64,000 bases of DNA from Chrysomallon squamiferum (GCA_012295275.1 CM022679.1:124001-188000), one strand, 5' to 3'; positions 13,758 through 26,987 are shown, counted from the stretch's first letter. The notes: a model not told the origin generated them from the letters alone. Translations and numbers: made by a program.

Positions 13758-16700
13758 ATTTTCTTTTATACACAAAAGTCACTCTTTTAAAAAATATCTA
13801 TGCAACAAAATCAAAATTTCTTTCCCTCTTTCTTTCTCCATAACATTTCTACAAAGACATGAAGAAAGAAGAAAAAAAAAGTCATTATTGACAAATATTA
13901 ATGATTTTCTTAAGAGGGTTAGAAAACAAGTATTTATAACAAAAACAAAGACACAAAGAAACACTGGCAAGAAGGAAATAAAAAAAATAATAATTTAATC
14001 AGTAACAGGCAGAAACTAGCCGAGAAATAATGAGGGGAAAACAAACCATAAATCTTGTCTAATGATGTAAAACACAAACACAGTTTATCATTAGCAACGT
14101 AACACAGGTGTGTCATAATCAGTCAGCCATTTTGAATCTTATTTTCTGTTTCATATCAGTACCCTCACATTTCAATTTACTCTGACAAACATTTTTTTTT
14201 TTTAAATTTAACATTTGAAAACAAAGTCACATAACAATGGAACAATGAAAGCCATCTTGAAATTTTATTTTTAATATTTTTGTTTTATCAATACCAGTAT
14301 CACTTGTTCAGTGTAATGATATAACTATGGAAGCCCTCTTGTATTTGCATTAACAATTTCATTAGTTATAAACATAAAAACAAAGATAGTTATATAATAA
14401 TGTCAATGGCAGCACTACTGAAATGTGTTTAATCATGGAGATATTTTGAAAGTGAAAACACACTTGAACGCTAATACAAAGAAGTTTCTAAAGTTCTGTG
14501 TTTATTTTTGTTTCTGTTTACTTTTTTCTGGCTGCTATAAATACAAGTTTATAGATTTATTCCTGAAACAGTTGACGTTCTTATTTCCTGTCTGGATCAG
14601 ATGAAAAGATAATTTTACGATGATCAATCAAACACTGAAACATTCTGTCTGCAGATCTGAGTGTTAATGTGATGTAGTCTACTAGAAGATTCTTACAACC
14701 TGCAGTGACCTCTGGGTTCAGATCAGTACCATGATACAACTATTATGTCTGTCAGTACTAAGATCAATGACTTGATCATTGTTTCAACAAAATACATGCA
14801 AATTAATTAAAAACAACACAAGAAAATGTATTTTTTTACTTAGTCCTCTGAACAAGATAAATATAAAAAAAACACTGAGTCAGAATTAATTTTCATCACA
14901 AGTAATTCTAAATAGCTTTCAGATTATAATTCCAGAAAAGAAACTTGATTTTAGAGATAATATTATTTGTCACTGCAGACACAGAGAAATATTTGTATAA
15001 ATCACATATATAGTGATGTCAGATGTGGAGAAATATTGATATTTAGATAATAGAGAAATGAACACTGATACTCAGACAATGAGGTGATTTTAGAGAAATG
15101 TACCTTGATGTTTAGACAATGCTGTGATTTCAGACACAGAAATGTACATTGATGTTTAGATAAAAGAGAAATAAACATTGATGTTTAGATAATAGAGATG
15201 AAAACTGATGTTTAGATGTTATTTCAGATAGAGAAATGAACATTGATGTTTAGATAATGTTTGTGATTTCAAACAGAGAAAAGAACACTGATGTTTAGAT
15301 AATGTTTGTGGTTTCAGACAGAGAAATGAACATTGATGTTTTGTTTCTGTGTGTGGTCTACTCCAGCCTCATCTGTCAGACAACACAAGCCACTTACTAC
15401 AGCAACACACAGAAAACCAACCAATGCAACAACTGCTGTCAGGGAATGCCCGGGCCCCAGGGTGTGCCAGGTCTCCCTGGGTTACATGGAACTCGGGGTC
15501 AGGATGGACACAAGGGTATGAAAGGAGATGAAGGGAGCAAAGGCAGCAAGGGCTCACAAGGTAAGTAGAACCCTCCCCATTGTCATCAACAGAACATACC
15601 TCTGCTAGTATCTGTCCTGTACCCAAAAGTTTAAATTATATTCACGAACAAGAACAGTAACAAATAAATTAACTTTTCTATTAATAAGCATCTTTATACT
15701 TTTATTTTAAAAATGTGTTAAAATACAGTTTAAGTGTTATTGTATCTAGGTGTGAGAGGTCCAGTGGGGCCAGAGGGTCCAAAGGGAATTCGTGGTAAAA
15801 AGGGCCAGAAAGGAGAATGTGGCCCCCAGGGTAAGGATGGGGACAAAGGAGACTTGGGCTCACGTGGTTATCCTGGACTCAAGGGCACAAAAGGAGACAC
15901 AGGAGAAAAAGGAGGACGACCACCAAAAATAGCTTTTTCTGTGAGCAGGACTGAGAAACTGGGACCAGTTCTGCAGAAAACACCGGTCCTGTTTGACCGA
16001 ATACACATCAACCTGGGAGACAGCTTCGACGTCTACTCGTCTCACTTCGTGTGCAAGGTGAACGGCACATACCTCTTCACAACGCACATCCTGGGACAGA
16101 ACACCGTGGATGCGTACGCGTGGATCATGCTCAACAACGAGCATCAGCTGGCCCTGCACGGAGACGGCCGCGCAGGCTACGGCACAGGAAGCAACACCAT
16201 CATCCTACGTCTGACGTACGACGACCATGTGTGGGTGGAGCTCGGAGAAAAGAGTGCTCTCATGAACTTCTACTCTTCTTACTCAGGTCATATACTGTTT
16301 GAGGACTGAATAGAGAAAAACCTAAAAATTGAGGACTAATTTAGAAGACAAAGGATTTATTTAAATGACAGTGCAAAAAATTAAGGACTAATTTAGAAGA
16401 CAAATAAAATCAAGAACAATATAAGTTTGGGCAGACTATAAAATATGACGATTAAGCCATACAAGGTGTAAATTACAAAACAATAAACAAACAAGCCAAT
16501 GTCAAACCATTATATCTACATTCCAGTATTCACTTAATTCAAAAAAGCAATAAGATAGTATTCCAGGATGTATCAGCGAAGAATATTTCTGATTCAGGAA
16601 TACAGAAAGATATCCAATTTCTGGACCAGATAAAAAAATTCGTGGAAACTCAACTTTCCAGACATTTAATGTTTGATCTTCATTAACAATTTGCCAGTGA

Positions 16701-19700
16701 ACACAGGAGCAAAATTCAGAAATTTTATAAGAATAATTTTGTTTAAAATTCAAGTTTCATTGATGCTGCTGCCACAGAAAGAAATATCAAGCTGATTATC
16801 CATTTATAGTTAACAGATATTCTAATTTGCAAAATAGAAATTTTCTTCAGTTTTCATTTTAATATTTTATGTGAAGTGAGTATATATTTCTATCATTTTT
16901 ATACTGATGTAAAAACTTTTTGTGTAGTGCCATTTATTGTAGCATGTGAAATTCCTAAAACAGACCCTAGATAAACTGAACTATTTTCCACACAAAACAC
17001 TCATATCTCATAACGGAAATCAATTCAATATGTCATGAAAACCCAATAAAATATTTTAAATTCTGACCTGTTCTTCTCTGAATGAAAACCATTTCTTGAG
17101 TGAGCCATTGTTTTGTTGTTTTGTTTATATTCACATACATAAGACCTTTCCACACAGAGCAATATAAAGTGGACAAGGACATGGCCTACAGTGAGAGCAC
17201 TGTAGCCTTGTGATCATCTACACCATCATCCTTTGATTATTCAGTTGTTTCCATCATGTCTAACTTTTCTTTTTTTCCTCACACACTATTTATTATTTAT
17301 AGTACATAGCAAAAATGGACAATTTAATTCATGTTGATTTGAATCAAATAATTTCGTTTTATTATTATATATATATTTTTTGTTTCACTAATTTTAAAAT
17401 ATCTTAATCAGTTTTAGCAAATGTAAATAACTCTTCTGCATCAAACAGTATAGTCTTCACTTGTTATTATCTACAAGCTGAATGCAGAGTAAACAAACAA
17501 CAAAACAAAATGGCTGTATGTGAAAACTGGCTTCCAGTTTTGCTTATCAACCAATTCAAAGAACTGAGGGGTAACTGAATTTTTTTTATTAGACTTTCAC
17601 AATATTCCAAATTGATTTTCTCTGTCCTTTTTGTCAGATATTATTCCATTTTGTTGGGAAAACAGTCTGTTTTGTATTTTAGTGTCCATTTTGAGAGTTC
17701 TAATTATTGTGTGTAAATTTTCTTTCATCCACATTGTTTCAAACATGGCTGTCACAACTTAATTAGGACTGACCAAAACAAATTTTATGTAATTTTTTTT
17801 AACAACATCTCATTTAATTTACAGATGCTGTTCTAAAATATTACAAGATTCAGATTAAAAAGAGGAAAAGAAGTAGTTTTTGTAAAGAGTATTACATAAT
17901 TAGAACATATTATCTCAAATTTATTTTTATGAGTTTTTCAGTGCTGTTTATTTATGTGTTAAATGTATTTCTGTTATGAAAACAATTATTTATAACTTTC
18001 TTCTTTTTACTTTTTTATGTCTGTATTTTATATGTGGAATGTAACCATTTTGTTAGAATAAAATATTTGTTGTTTTTCTGAGTATTAGTTTTTTCTATAT
18101 TACATTTTATTTTTCTTCTATGAATTAACAACACAAAAAATAAGTAGATAAAAATACCAAGACAGAACAGCACAAGAATTTTAAAAATACTGTTAAATTA
18201 TGATTTTAATATCTTATGCACTATTTTACTAGTGACAATTTTAACTTTATATTAACAGTGGTTATTTTTTTTTACTGTGACATATTAAATTACTCCTGCT
18301 GATTACATGAAGTGCTTTATATAGCAATTTAGAGTTATTCCTAGTGGCTTAAAATGATGTGTAATATTGAAATAAATCCTACAAATATAAAATGTGTAAT
18401 ATTGAGACAATCCACAGGGTTGCTCCTACAAGTTTAACATGACATGCAATTTTGACAAATCACAGGGTTGGCCCTACAAGTTTAACATGAAATGTAATTT
18501 TGACAAATCACAGGGTTGCTCCTACAAGTTTAACATGACATGCAATTTTGACAAATCACAGGGTTGCTCCTACAAGTTTAACATGAAATGTAATTTTGAC
18601 AAATCACAGGGTTGCTCCTACAAGTTTAACATGACATGCAATTTTGACAAATCACAGGGTTGCTCCTACAAGTTTAACATGACATGCAATTTTGACAAAT
18701 CACAGGGTTACTCCTACTACTCAAAATGATATAAAACACTGAAATAAACCTGAGGTTTACTCCTTACAAACAGGGAAGTGAAACCAAGAAGTGTAATACA
18801 TCCAGTGACCCAGTGTCTTGTTTTCTGTTAGTTACATCACATGACCAGACACAAGTGTTTATCATTAATTTACAGGAAACATCCAACATTTACTTAAATC
18901 ATTAACTGGACAGATTTAAATTGGTGATATCAATAACTTGCCTCTGGAAAGAGCAATTTTGTCAAGTGAGAGTTGATAATTACGAGATGTCACGCACTCC
19001 AACATGTCTCAAGATATCAGACAATTATCTCCTCATATCACTAAATTAGACAGTTAACCCTTCACAGCATTTTCACACAGGGAATTCTGGGTAATCTAGT
19101 TAGTTTGGCATATTGCAGAAGTGTCTCGTTTTGAGAATACTGACAATTGGGCTAATCAATAGACATTTTTCTTAAGATTGAGGACCATAGCTAACGTCGT
19201 CTGCTGCTGAATTCAACTGCAGTGACTCAGTAGAGAAACCACTAATAAATAAAAATGTCTTCCCTTGTTAATTTTATTTTTGAATATTTTATTATTAATA
19301 CAATTATCAGTATAATGGTTTTAATTCATATATGAAAACATATTTTATATTTTAGCATTAACATAACTATAACTTAACTGATGTGTAAACAAAAAAATGT
19401 CAGTCTGATCTCATCAGCATAATTACAGATTAAATAATTCATGTAAGTAGCTTCTGTTTTTTGTAAACATGATTTCATTATTAATAAAAAAAAAATCAGT
19501 ATGTCTGTCTCATGAAAGACTTTTCTGCCCAATTATCACCTCTTATCAAATAATACAAACTCAGAAAAAGTACTAACTCTCTCTCTCTCTCTTTTCTGTC
19601 AGCAAGTTTAAGTGCATCAGTAGTTGAAAACATGAAACTGTTAATTACTATCAAAAAACATACTACCATCAGTTACTGAATGATATTAACGTTACCTTAC

Positions 19701-22700
19701 ATATATCAAATATAAAACAAGGATTACGTCTTTACGCAAACATAAATAGAACACTGTGAGGTTTTTCTGTCCAGACAATTATTTAGAAATAAATTCTGAA
19801 ACATTAAAAATTCAAACAATCAAAATTTTCAAAATGTTCAGGACATTTCCTAGAATTCCATTCTCTGTAAAAAAATAAATAAAATAAAATAATTAAAAAA
19901 TTAGACAAATATATATATTAAACATTTTTTACCTGTCAGGATATTTTATACAATTCTCATTTTTGTCTGTTTTATTCTCCAGTGTGACTTCAGATTTTTC
20001 TATTTTTATCTCCTTGTCAGAATTTTCAGATTTTTTGGTTTTTCTAGGAGCTGCAAGATAAATTTATAAACAAGAGGATAAAAGATGTTTTATTTCTTCA
20101 AATAATGTTATTTTAAGATTCAAAACTGTTTCATTTATCAACAATTAGTCAAAAACATAAGTCAACAGGAAATAATGTAATGTCTCAAAACACTGATTAT
20201 TGTTTTATTATTTAATTAAACAAACGTTGTTTAAAGTAGATTAAAGTAAATCATTTATAAAGTTGTGATATATATTATAACTCTCAGCTAATAAGTTAGT
20301 GGAAAATATGTAACTTTTTGTTACATCCTGCAAACAAGTCATACATATACACACATCTGGACACTTTAAGAATGAACAAAATAAAAATGGCCGTACCAAA
20401 GAAGCTGTGAACTTCTGCTTTCTCTGTGGAACCTCCATCATTTTTCTTCTTTTCTTCTTTAACACACAAATAAAATACTTTTAACAAACACAAAATAATA
20501 AAATTATTTATCAATATTTTAAATTCTTGTTAAATGTAACTAAAAAACAACAAAAAACAAAGCTAACAGAATTTTATATCATGTTCTAAGGGAAGTAACT
20601 CTACTTAGCAAGAAGAAATGGAGAAGACAGAGTTATTCTTATAAATACCAAGACACAAATTACTAACTTATCTTCAATTTTCTTTTCTTATTGTTCACTG
20701 TAATCAAGTACTAATAATACCAGTCTGCAATCAGGTACTAATAATGCCAGCCTGTAATCAAGTACTAATAATACCAGTCTGTAATCAAGTATTATAATAC
20801 CAGTCTGCAATCAAGTAGTAATAATACCAGCCTGTAATCAAGTACTAATAATACCAGCCTGTAATCAAGTACTAATAATACCAGCCTGTAATCAAGTACT
20901 AATAATACCAGCCTGTAATCAAGTACTAATAATACAGCCTGCAATCAAGTACTAATAATAAGAAACAAAACATCTTGCACTCTTTCTGAAATGTAAACGT
21001 TTATTCACATTTACTAAATATTTATTTTACCTGAATCAGTATCTCTTTCACTATCGTCACTTTCTTCTTCAGAGCTTTTTTCTTCTTTATCTTCTTTTTT
21101 GGAATTTTTACTTTTTTTTCTCTCTTTATTCTTCTTTCTAGAACTGTTTTCTTTAATCTTTCTTGTTTTTTTGTTATCAACACATTTATTTTCTTCTCCC
21201 TCTTCAGACTTATCACATTTTAATTTAGAATCTTCTTTTTCTTCACATTTTAACTTAGAATCTTCTTTTTCTTCACATTTTAACTTAGAATCTTCTTTTT
21301 CTTCACATTTTAACTTAGAATGTTCTTTTTCTTCACATTTTAACTTAGAATGTTCTTTTTCTTCACATTTTATCTTAGAATGTTCTTTTTCTTCACATTT
21401 TAACTTAGAATCTTCTTTTTCTTCATATTTTAACTTAGAATCTTCTTTTTCTTCATATTTTAACTTAGAATCTCTATTTTCTTCATTGTCTTCAGTTTTA
21501 TTTGTCACTTCATTGTCTGTGACATCTATTTCCATGTCATCATGGTTACTGAGTATTTCCTTTGTAAACAAAAGTAAAATTATAATTTTCAATGATTAAA
21601 AAATCATATGTCAAATATGTTGTTAATTGAAGCAGAAACTAGACAAATGAACCTAGAATCATGCTGTATACAAAAATGTCTGACATATCACATATTTTTA
21701 TCAAATAATTTTGATTAAACTTATATCTTAAATTCTTTTTCTAAAATGTATTTATATTAAAACACATAAAATGTCAATGTCAGCTCTGCCAATTATTTAT
21801 TTAGTAAATTAAACTCATATATAACAATTGTCATATAAACTGTATACTGGAGAGGGGGAAATATCTGTTCTGAATTTATTTTAAAAAAAATTAAAATAAA
21901 TGAATATTTGTCAAAATTCTAGAAGAATTTGTTACCTCTTTCTTATTGTGTTCAGAATTGACTGGTTTATCTGCACGTGTTTTTTTTCTCTTTGCTGGAC
22001 TGTCAGTGGAACCTGACTGAGGACTCCAGTCTGCACTCTTCCTCTTCACAGCACTGCCAAAACTTTTTCTTGCTAACAAAACACAACATATAAAATACAG
22101 AAAACAAAATTAAATATTAAAGTCCTTTTCAAAACATGATGCGAAACGTTCTTTGTTAAAAAAATATAAATATTAAAAATCTTATTACTAAATAAGTTTA
22201 ATAATAAAATGTTATCCCAATTTTGTTTTATATTACCAGAAAACTCAATAGGAAAATATTCTGTCCAAGCACTGTATATGATAATAAAATGTTAATTAAA
22301 ATTTTAATACTTGCTATTTTTGCTTTAATTTCCAGTAAGCCTATAATCTCACCTGTTTTACGTGGTGGTATTAAAGAGGGTGACTTCACTGGGGTGACAG
22401 CAACAGACCCTGGAGAGGGAGAAGGTGATGATAAAATCTTATCTTCCTGTATGTAAATATAACACAAACAAAATGTTTAAAAATTGCCACACAACAAGAA
22501 GCTGTAATGTGAAAACATTTGTTTAAGAAACTGCACTTTAAGATAAAAAAAATTTTGTTTGGTTGTCTTCCTAGGTTCTGTTAGACATATTTCTGTATTC
22601 TAACTCAGATACAGGTGAATCCAAAATTAAAACTGTTTTAAACTAACCAAAGCACTCTAAAGAATTTTCAATTTTTTTTGACAGTTATACACATTTAATA

Positions 22701-25613
22701 ACATCACTAGTCAATGCTGCTTCAGTTTAATAACAAATCTCATTTTTTAATGAAATATTTAACAAACTAATTTGGAGGCATTCTAGACCATATGAAATCT
22801 GAGTTTGATGTCTGATCAAATGAATACTTAAAGGAAGAATAACTAGTAAAAATAGCAAATGATTATTATAGACAAAGGATTTATCTCCCTTAGAGAAATA
22901 TGAAATTACTGCATTAATTGTTGATTACAGTATAATCATTTTAAACATAAAGGAAGGAAAACATGAAAAAAACCTAAAGGACAGTTTCAAATCACCTCAG
23001 TTTTGTTTTGATCAACATCTTCAGACTTCATTTCATCTTCCTCTTTAATCTTTACATCTTTCAACACTTTGTCCTCATCTGAAATATAAACATGATTTTA
23101 ATCATTGTTGAGTAAACAAAATTGTTACTAACATCCCAAACACAACAAAAAGTACTAACTCAACAAAGAGATAATTTTTTATATTTTAGAATGTTTAAAA
23201 TGTGTTTATGGTAAGATACATAAAAAGATTTCTTTCTGCTAATGAACTGAGCAGTCTGATCACTGGCAGCAAACTTTCTCTCACGTCAAATATGTCAGAC
23301 ACTTTAAAACAAAACTGGTCTGTACACTGTTTATAAAACATTGTCTTACCATCTTTCATGTCACTGTTTACTTCATCATCATCACTGTTGTCACTTTCAA
23401 TGATTCGTGCTCTTTTCTTCTTCGTTGTTATTTTAACAGGAGAATCACTCTCTTTGGGTGGAGAAGAATTTTTCTGTCTTACAGCAGATTTTTGTTTTAC
23501 CTCTTTTTTATTTTTTTTGTTTTTCTCTAAATTTTCTGTTTTTTCTTTCTTACTTCCACTGAAAAGAAAATAAGTTAAGAGTCAAACTAAGCAAGCTTTG
23601 TAAAGATGATATCAATGAGAAGATTTCATACTAAAACATCTGTAAAGATGCATAGAATTACACAGAATGTTTTCATTTTCAGCAATTCAAGTTAACACTA
23701 CGGAAGAGATTTTCAAAATGTTGCATGTTTACCCTTAAGGGTCACCAAAGGATATGCAAGAAAAATTCAGTAATGATGAATACAGTAAGTAAAATGAATA
23801 TTTATAAAAAGTCACTGAAAGAATGTGATTCATGTTTGGCAGATCCTCAAAAACAACGGAAAAATCTTTTTTTTTGCTTTTGTTATAAAAATTATAATTC
23901 TGCAAAACATTTTATCCAATTAAAACACTGTGCACATTTTGCTCCCTGTTAACTTATTGTACTGAAGGTGTTCTGCCATGATATTTTCTCAAGGTGTACA
24001 ATTAGAGAAAACTAAAAACATCTGCTCTGAGGTTTTAAAAGAACCAGATTACTATCTTATCCAGTAACTACCGTGTATCTAATTTACAGGTTTTCTGTTT
24101 GCATGAATGTTTACATGAAGAAAAAGAATTGTGGATTTAACTTTATATAAAATTTGTTTCTGATCATTTATGAACCCATAATCCCAATAAATTGTCAGTT
24201 TCTTATTTTATTACATGTATTACTATTAGTAACAGTTAACCAGGAACCAAACTGAATTACGGGTGTAAAAAGGTGGACTATGGCACAAACAGAAACTCAG
24301 GGCTCAAAGGATTAAAGAAGAAACAGAAAAATAACATAGTTTTACAAAACTATTTGAAAACGTTTTAATATTTTACTCACAAATGGTTAAAAGCATTCTA
24401 ATTAAAAAACATTCTCATTTCTATCTCATTTTTAACATCTCTGTGACTTCTTAATTTTGCAAAACTTTTTTTTTTATTTAAAATATTTCTTACTTTTCAT
24501 GTTTATCTTCACTGTTTGCCTGCCTGGCAGTAAAAAATGACCTAAAAATAAACAAAATAATCAGAGAAACACATCAAAACACAGAACAAATAAACACAGG
24601 GTCTACTTCAACATTATTATCACAGTTTACAAAGTCTAGCTAATAATAAAGAATAAAATATAAAGTTTTCTAGCTGATACACAGATCACGTTTGTGTATT
24701 TTTGTAGACCTTTATTTAGTATATAAAAATAAATAAACATTTATACACTGAAATAGTAATCAGTAGAAAATTATTCTTTCAACAGCTAATAAAATTTTAT
24801 TATAAAAAGAAATGCACTACTTTGTTTTGTTATTAACTTATACCTGTCATGTTACTTATCAACATGTTTACGATGCTGTATAACAAATTTGGATAATCAC
24901 TGTAACTTAGTTTTCTACTCAAATGATTTCTGTCTTTTTGTTTTGTTTTATATAACAGATTTAGAAGACACCTAGACATGCCCATCATGCATGTAGTGAC
25001 TGTGCAAATGATCTGTACTGATACTGTTTTATTTGGTTATTATCAAAGATATGATCACCATTTACAGCCATAAAGTAATTACAAAGTATATATACCATTT
25101 TTAAGATTTTGTTTTGTTGTTTAATTTAAACATGATATTCATTTTACTGAGATTAAAATTAATTTAAAAAAAATGGATTACTACATTAATTGTAATATTT
25201 GGTACACTGGAACTAAATGTTAAAACAGCAGAGGTATAATAATAATGACTGAAGTACTACTGATAATAATTGTAACTGCCAGCAGGTAATAAAATTAGGC
25301 TTGAAAGCTAAGAGAATGACTGCTTGATTTCGTTTATCTAGACTGACTGGAAAATTAGTGATAAAACCTACTGCGACCAGCAGCAGTCACTGTACTTCGT
25401 TTATTGTAAACTTTATAATAAATTATATAATTATAATATAATATAGTATATATCGTAATTTATTTACAGAAAAATCGCAAAAACTAAAATGCTGAATTAA
25501 ACTTAAACCACTTTTTCCAGGTTAAATTTAAAGGCACAGGCATTGCGATTAAGAATACATTTCGCGTGTATTGATGAAAATATAAATCCAACTAACATAA
25601 TCGATTTCTGCAT
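2908..25613 (-). CDS. LIG1: DNA ligase 1, multi-exon (about 25 coding exons)
   Basis: Starts MQKSIM/SFF, a PIP box, across exons 25597-25613 and 24494-24541. Low-complexity K/E/S-rich N-terminal exons lie at 19.9-23.6 kb. Then [16 protein letters not shown] (11480-11569) and DNA-binding-domain exons at 11013-11071, 10646-10817, 10117-10181, 8616-8718 and 7771-7939. Active-site [10 protein letters not shown] is at 6442-6557, EGLMVK and WLK/LKKDYL at 5138-5219 and 4821-4973, and OB-fold [14 protein letters not shown] at 3893-3985. The last exon 2908-2988 ends EEEFY*. Junctions are GT-AG with consistent phases where checked. Confidence 0.97.
3465..3897 (-). repeat. Tandem array (about 52-66 bp units, about 8 copies) repeating a LIG1 5' splice site
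   Basis: CACAG|GTAAACACT recurs on the minus strand. The copy at 3893 is the real donor of the penultimate exon. Confidence 0.9.
5759..5908 (-). repeat. Two-copy duplication (89 bp offset) of a LIG1 exon 3' end plus donor
   Basis: About 60 bp are identical at 5759-5819 and 5848-5908, encoding [16 protein letters not shown] followed by GTAAATTTTAG. Confidence 0.92.
7905..8200 (-). repeat. 48-bp tandem array (6 copies) repeating a LIG1 3' splice site plus exon start
   Basis: TGCAG|GTGATGAAC occurs at 7939, 7987, 8035, 8083, 8132 and 8180. The unit translates as [16 protein letters not shown]. Confidence 0.95.
13040..13214 (+). promoter_or_regulatory. Putative promoter and non-coding first exon of the nested C1q gene
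   Basis: Local CpG/GC-rich patch (GCGCGCGG, TGACGT, CCAAT at 13081) inside a CpG-poor intron. It is followed by a strong + strand donor CAA|GTAAGT at 13214/13215. Confidence 0.5.
15010..15340 (+). repeat. Degenerate tandem array containing the acceptor and start codon of the C1q gene
   Basis: (TTTCAG)ACAGAGAAATGAACATTGATGTTTAGATAA variants recur. The last copy supplies the ATG at 15326. Confidence 0.8.
15326..16309 (+). CDS. Secreted collagen plus C1q-domain protein (C1QTNF/otolin-like, about 264 aa), nested antisense in a LIG1 intron
   Basis: Exon 15326-15560 has a signal-peptide-like start [22 protein letters not shown], a CNNCC motif and Gly-X-Y repeats, and ends at donor AG|GTAAGT. Exon 15750-16309 continues the Gly-X-Y run into a globular C1q domain (IAFSV...[15 protein letters not shown]...[11 protein letters not shown]...[10 protein letters not shown]). 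Confidence 0.93.
18405..18718. repeat. 48-bp minisatellite, about 6.5 copies
   Basis: Repeated GACAAATCACAGGGTTGCTCCTACAAGTTTAACATGACATGCAATTTT. Confidence 0.92.
20697..20960. repeat. About 27-bp intronic minisatellite, about 10 copies
   Basis: Repeated CCTGTAATCAAGTACTAATAATACCAG. Confidence 0.9.
21210..21475 (-). repeat. 30-bp coding minisatellite (about 9 copies) in a LIG1 exon
   Basis: Encodes (C/Y)EEKE(D/H)SKLK repeats within exon 21031-21559. Confidence 0.92.
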
Positions 25614-25659
25614 CGTAAATGATGGTCGAATACCGTATTTTTATTAAACTTCACAAATA

Positions 25660-25695
25660 CATTTCTTCGCGCCAAATTTGTTGACGGAAGTGACT
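25660..25695 (-). promoter_or_regulatory. LIG1 promoter: E2F site and ETS-like site
   Basis: TTCGCGCCAAA at 25666-25676 is a DHFR-type E2F element. CGGAAGTG is at 25685-25692. Both lie 50-80 bp upstream of the LIG1 ATG. Confidence 0.65.
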
Positions 25696-26599
25696 TACTG
25701 AAATACTAAAGGGAGGTAATTTATGACTAGCTAATTATATTATTAGTATATGCATTTTGGAAAATCGATTTAATACTGTTTACAAACAACATTATGCTTA
25801 AAAAAAAAAAAAAAAAAAAAATTAGAATACTAATGAAGATAAATTTTAAAACAACAACAGCAACACGCAATTAGTATTTAACTTCTAATTTATTATTTTA
25901 CTTTTTAACGATGATGATGGGTTTCATTATTTTGTACAAGAATAAGAAGATAGAGAAGACTTGTTTAGTTTTGTATTTAAACAGTTTGTTTCGAAATTTT
26001 AGCAAACCGTTACAAAAATAATTCTGCAGCTAATTTTATCTTATTAGTACTGTTGTTGTCATTATCATATTATTTAACAATTAACGTATTTTATTTTCAT
26101 AGCAGTTTTAAAAATACATTTGGTAAACAAAACTATTTTATAAAAAAAACTGTGCAGTAATAAATAATATACTAAATTAAAAAAAAAAAAAAAAAAAAAC
26201 TTCATACGTAACGTAATATATTATGATGTGTAAAGCGTTCCTACCCTATTTTGCACAGATTAAATAAAATATAAAGAACGTTTACATTTTACGAAAAACA
26301 GCAGCAACAGCTGGTGACATCATATTTAATCCATGTTATATTTATAGCCATAAAATCGCTAGAGAAATGGATTGTTTACTTAATTCCTTGTTTATTTTTA
26401 GTTTATTGTATTTCGATTCATCGTTTTATTTAACAATAAACTAACAAAAATAATAATAGTGCACGCGCTTATACACTTTTAATTAACATTAACCATGCAG
26501 GTTAATTGAAATTTATTTCTGCATTGCATTTAAGTATAAAAACATTAAAAGCTTCTTAGAAAGAAAAATAAATGTAATTAGTAGGTTTGATTAAATCTG

Positions 26600-26831
26600 A
26601 TTCTAGACGACGTGATTTCGTTTGATGAATAGCACCATATATGGTGAAAACAAGCAACATTTATTCTATTTGAATAGCCATACGTCAAGATCAGGTGCTA
26701 GTACGTCATTTCCTGTATCTCGCCATTTGCGGAAGAGATGAATAGATTTGTTATTTGGTACAATATTGTCGAAATTATACTTACGTCAAGATATGTGGCT
26801 TGATTATTATTGTATATTTTAGTACGCAAAG
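26600..26831 (+). promoter_or_regulatory. Putative promoter and 5' non-coding exon of TMEM184B
   Basis: Three TACGTCA CRE-like motifs, CGCCAT (YY1-like) and CGGAAG (ETS-like). A donor AAG|GTATGT sits at about 26831. The ATG at 27841 directly follows an acceptor TTTTCTAG. Confidence 0.5.
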
Positions 26832-26987
26832 GTATGTTATTTACAAATATTAAAACGCTAGTTACTGATTTACCGCGTTTATAATTTGTGTATGAATCAA
26901 ATTATGTTGTTGACACACGATGAATTGTCCCTGTGGTTCAACTTGTAGTTTACGTATTTTATATGGCAACCGAATTTGGTTTTATTT

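Noticed and set aside
15333-16302. Overlapping alternative-frame and antisense ORFs over the C1q gene
   Set aside because: Shadows of the Gly-X-Y and GC-rich C1q codons.
18439-18729. 96-aa repetitive ORF ([10 protein letters not shown]...)
   Set aside because: By-product of a 48-bp minisatellite whose unit is divisible by three. It has no evident splice context or domain.
21099-21599. 166-aa + strand hydrophobic ORF
   Set aside because: Antisense mirror of the K/E-rich LIG1 exon and its 30-bp repeat.
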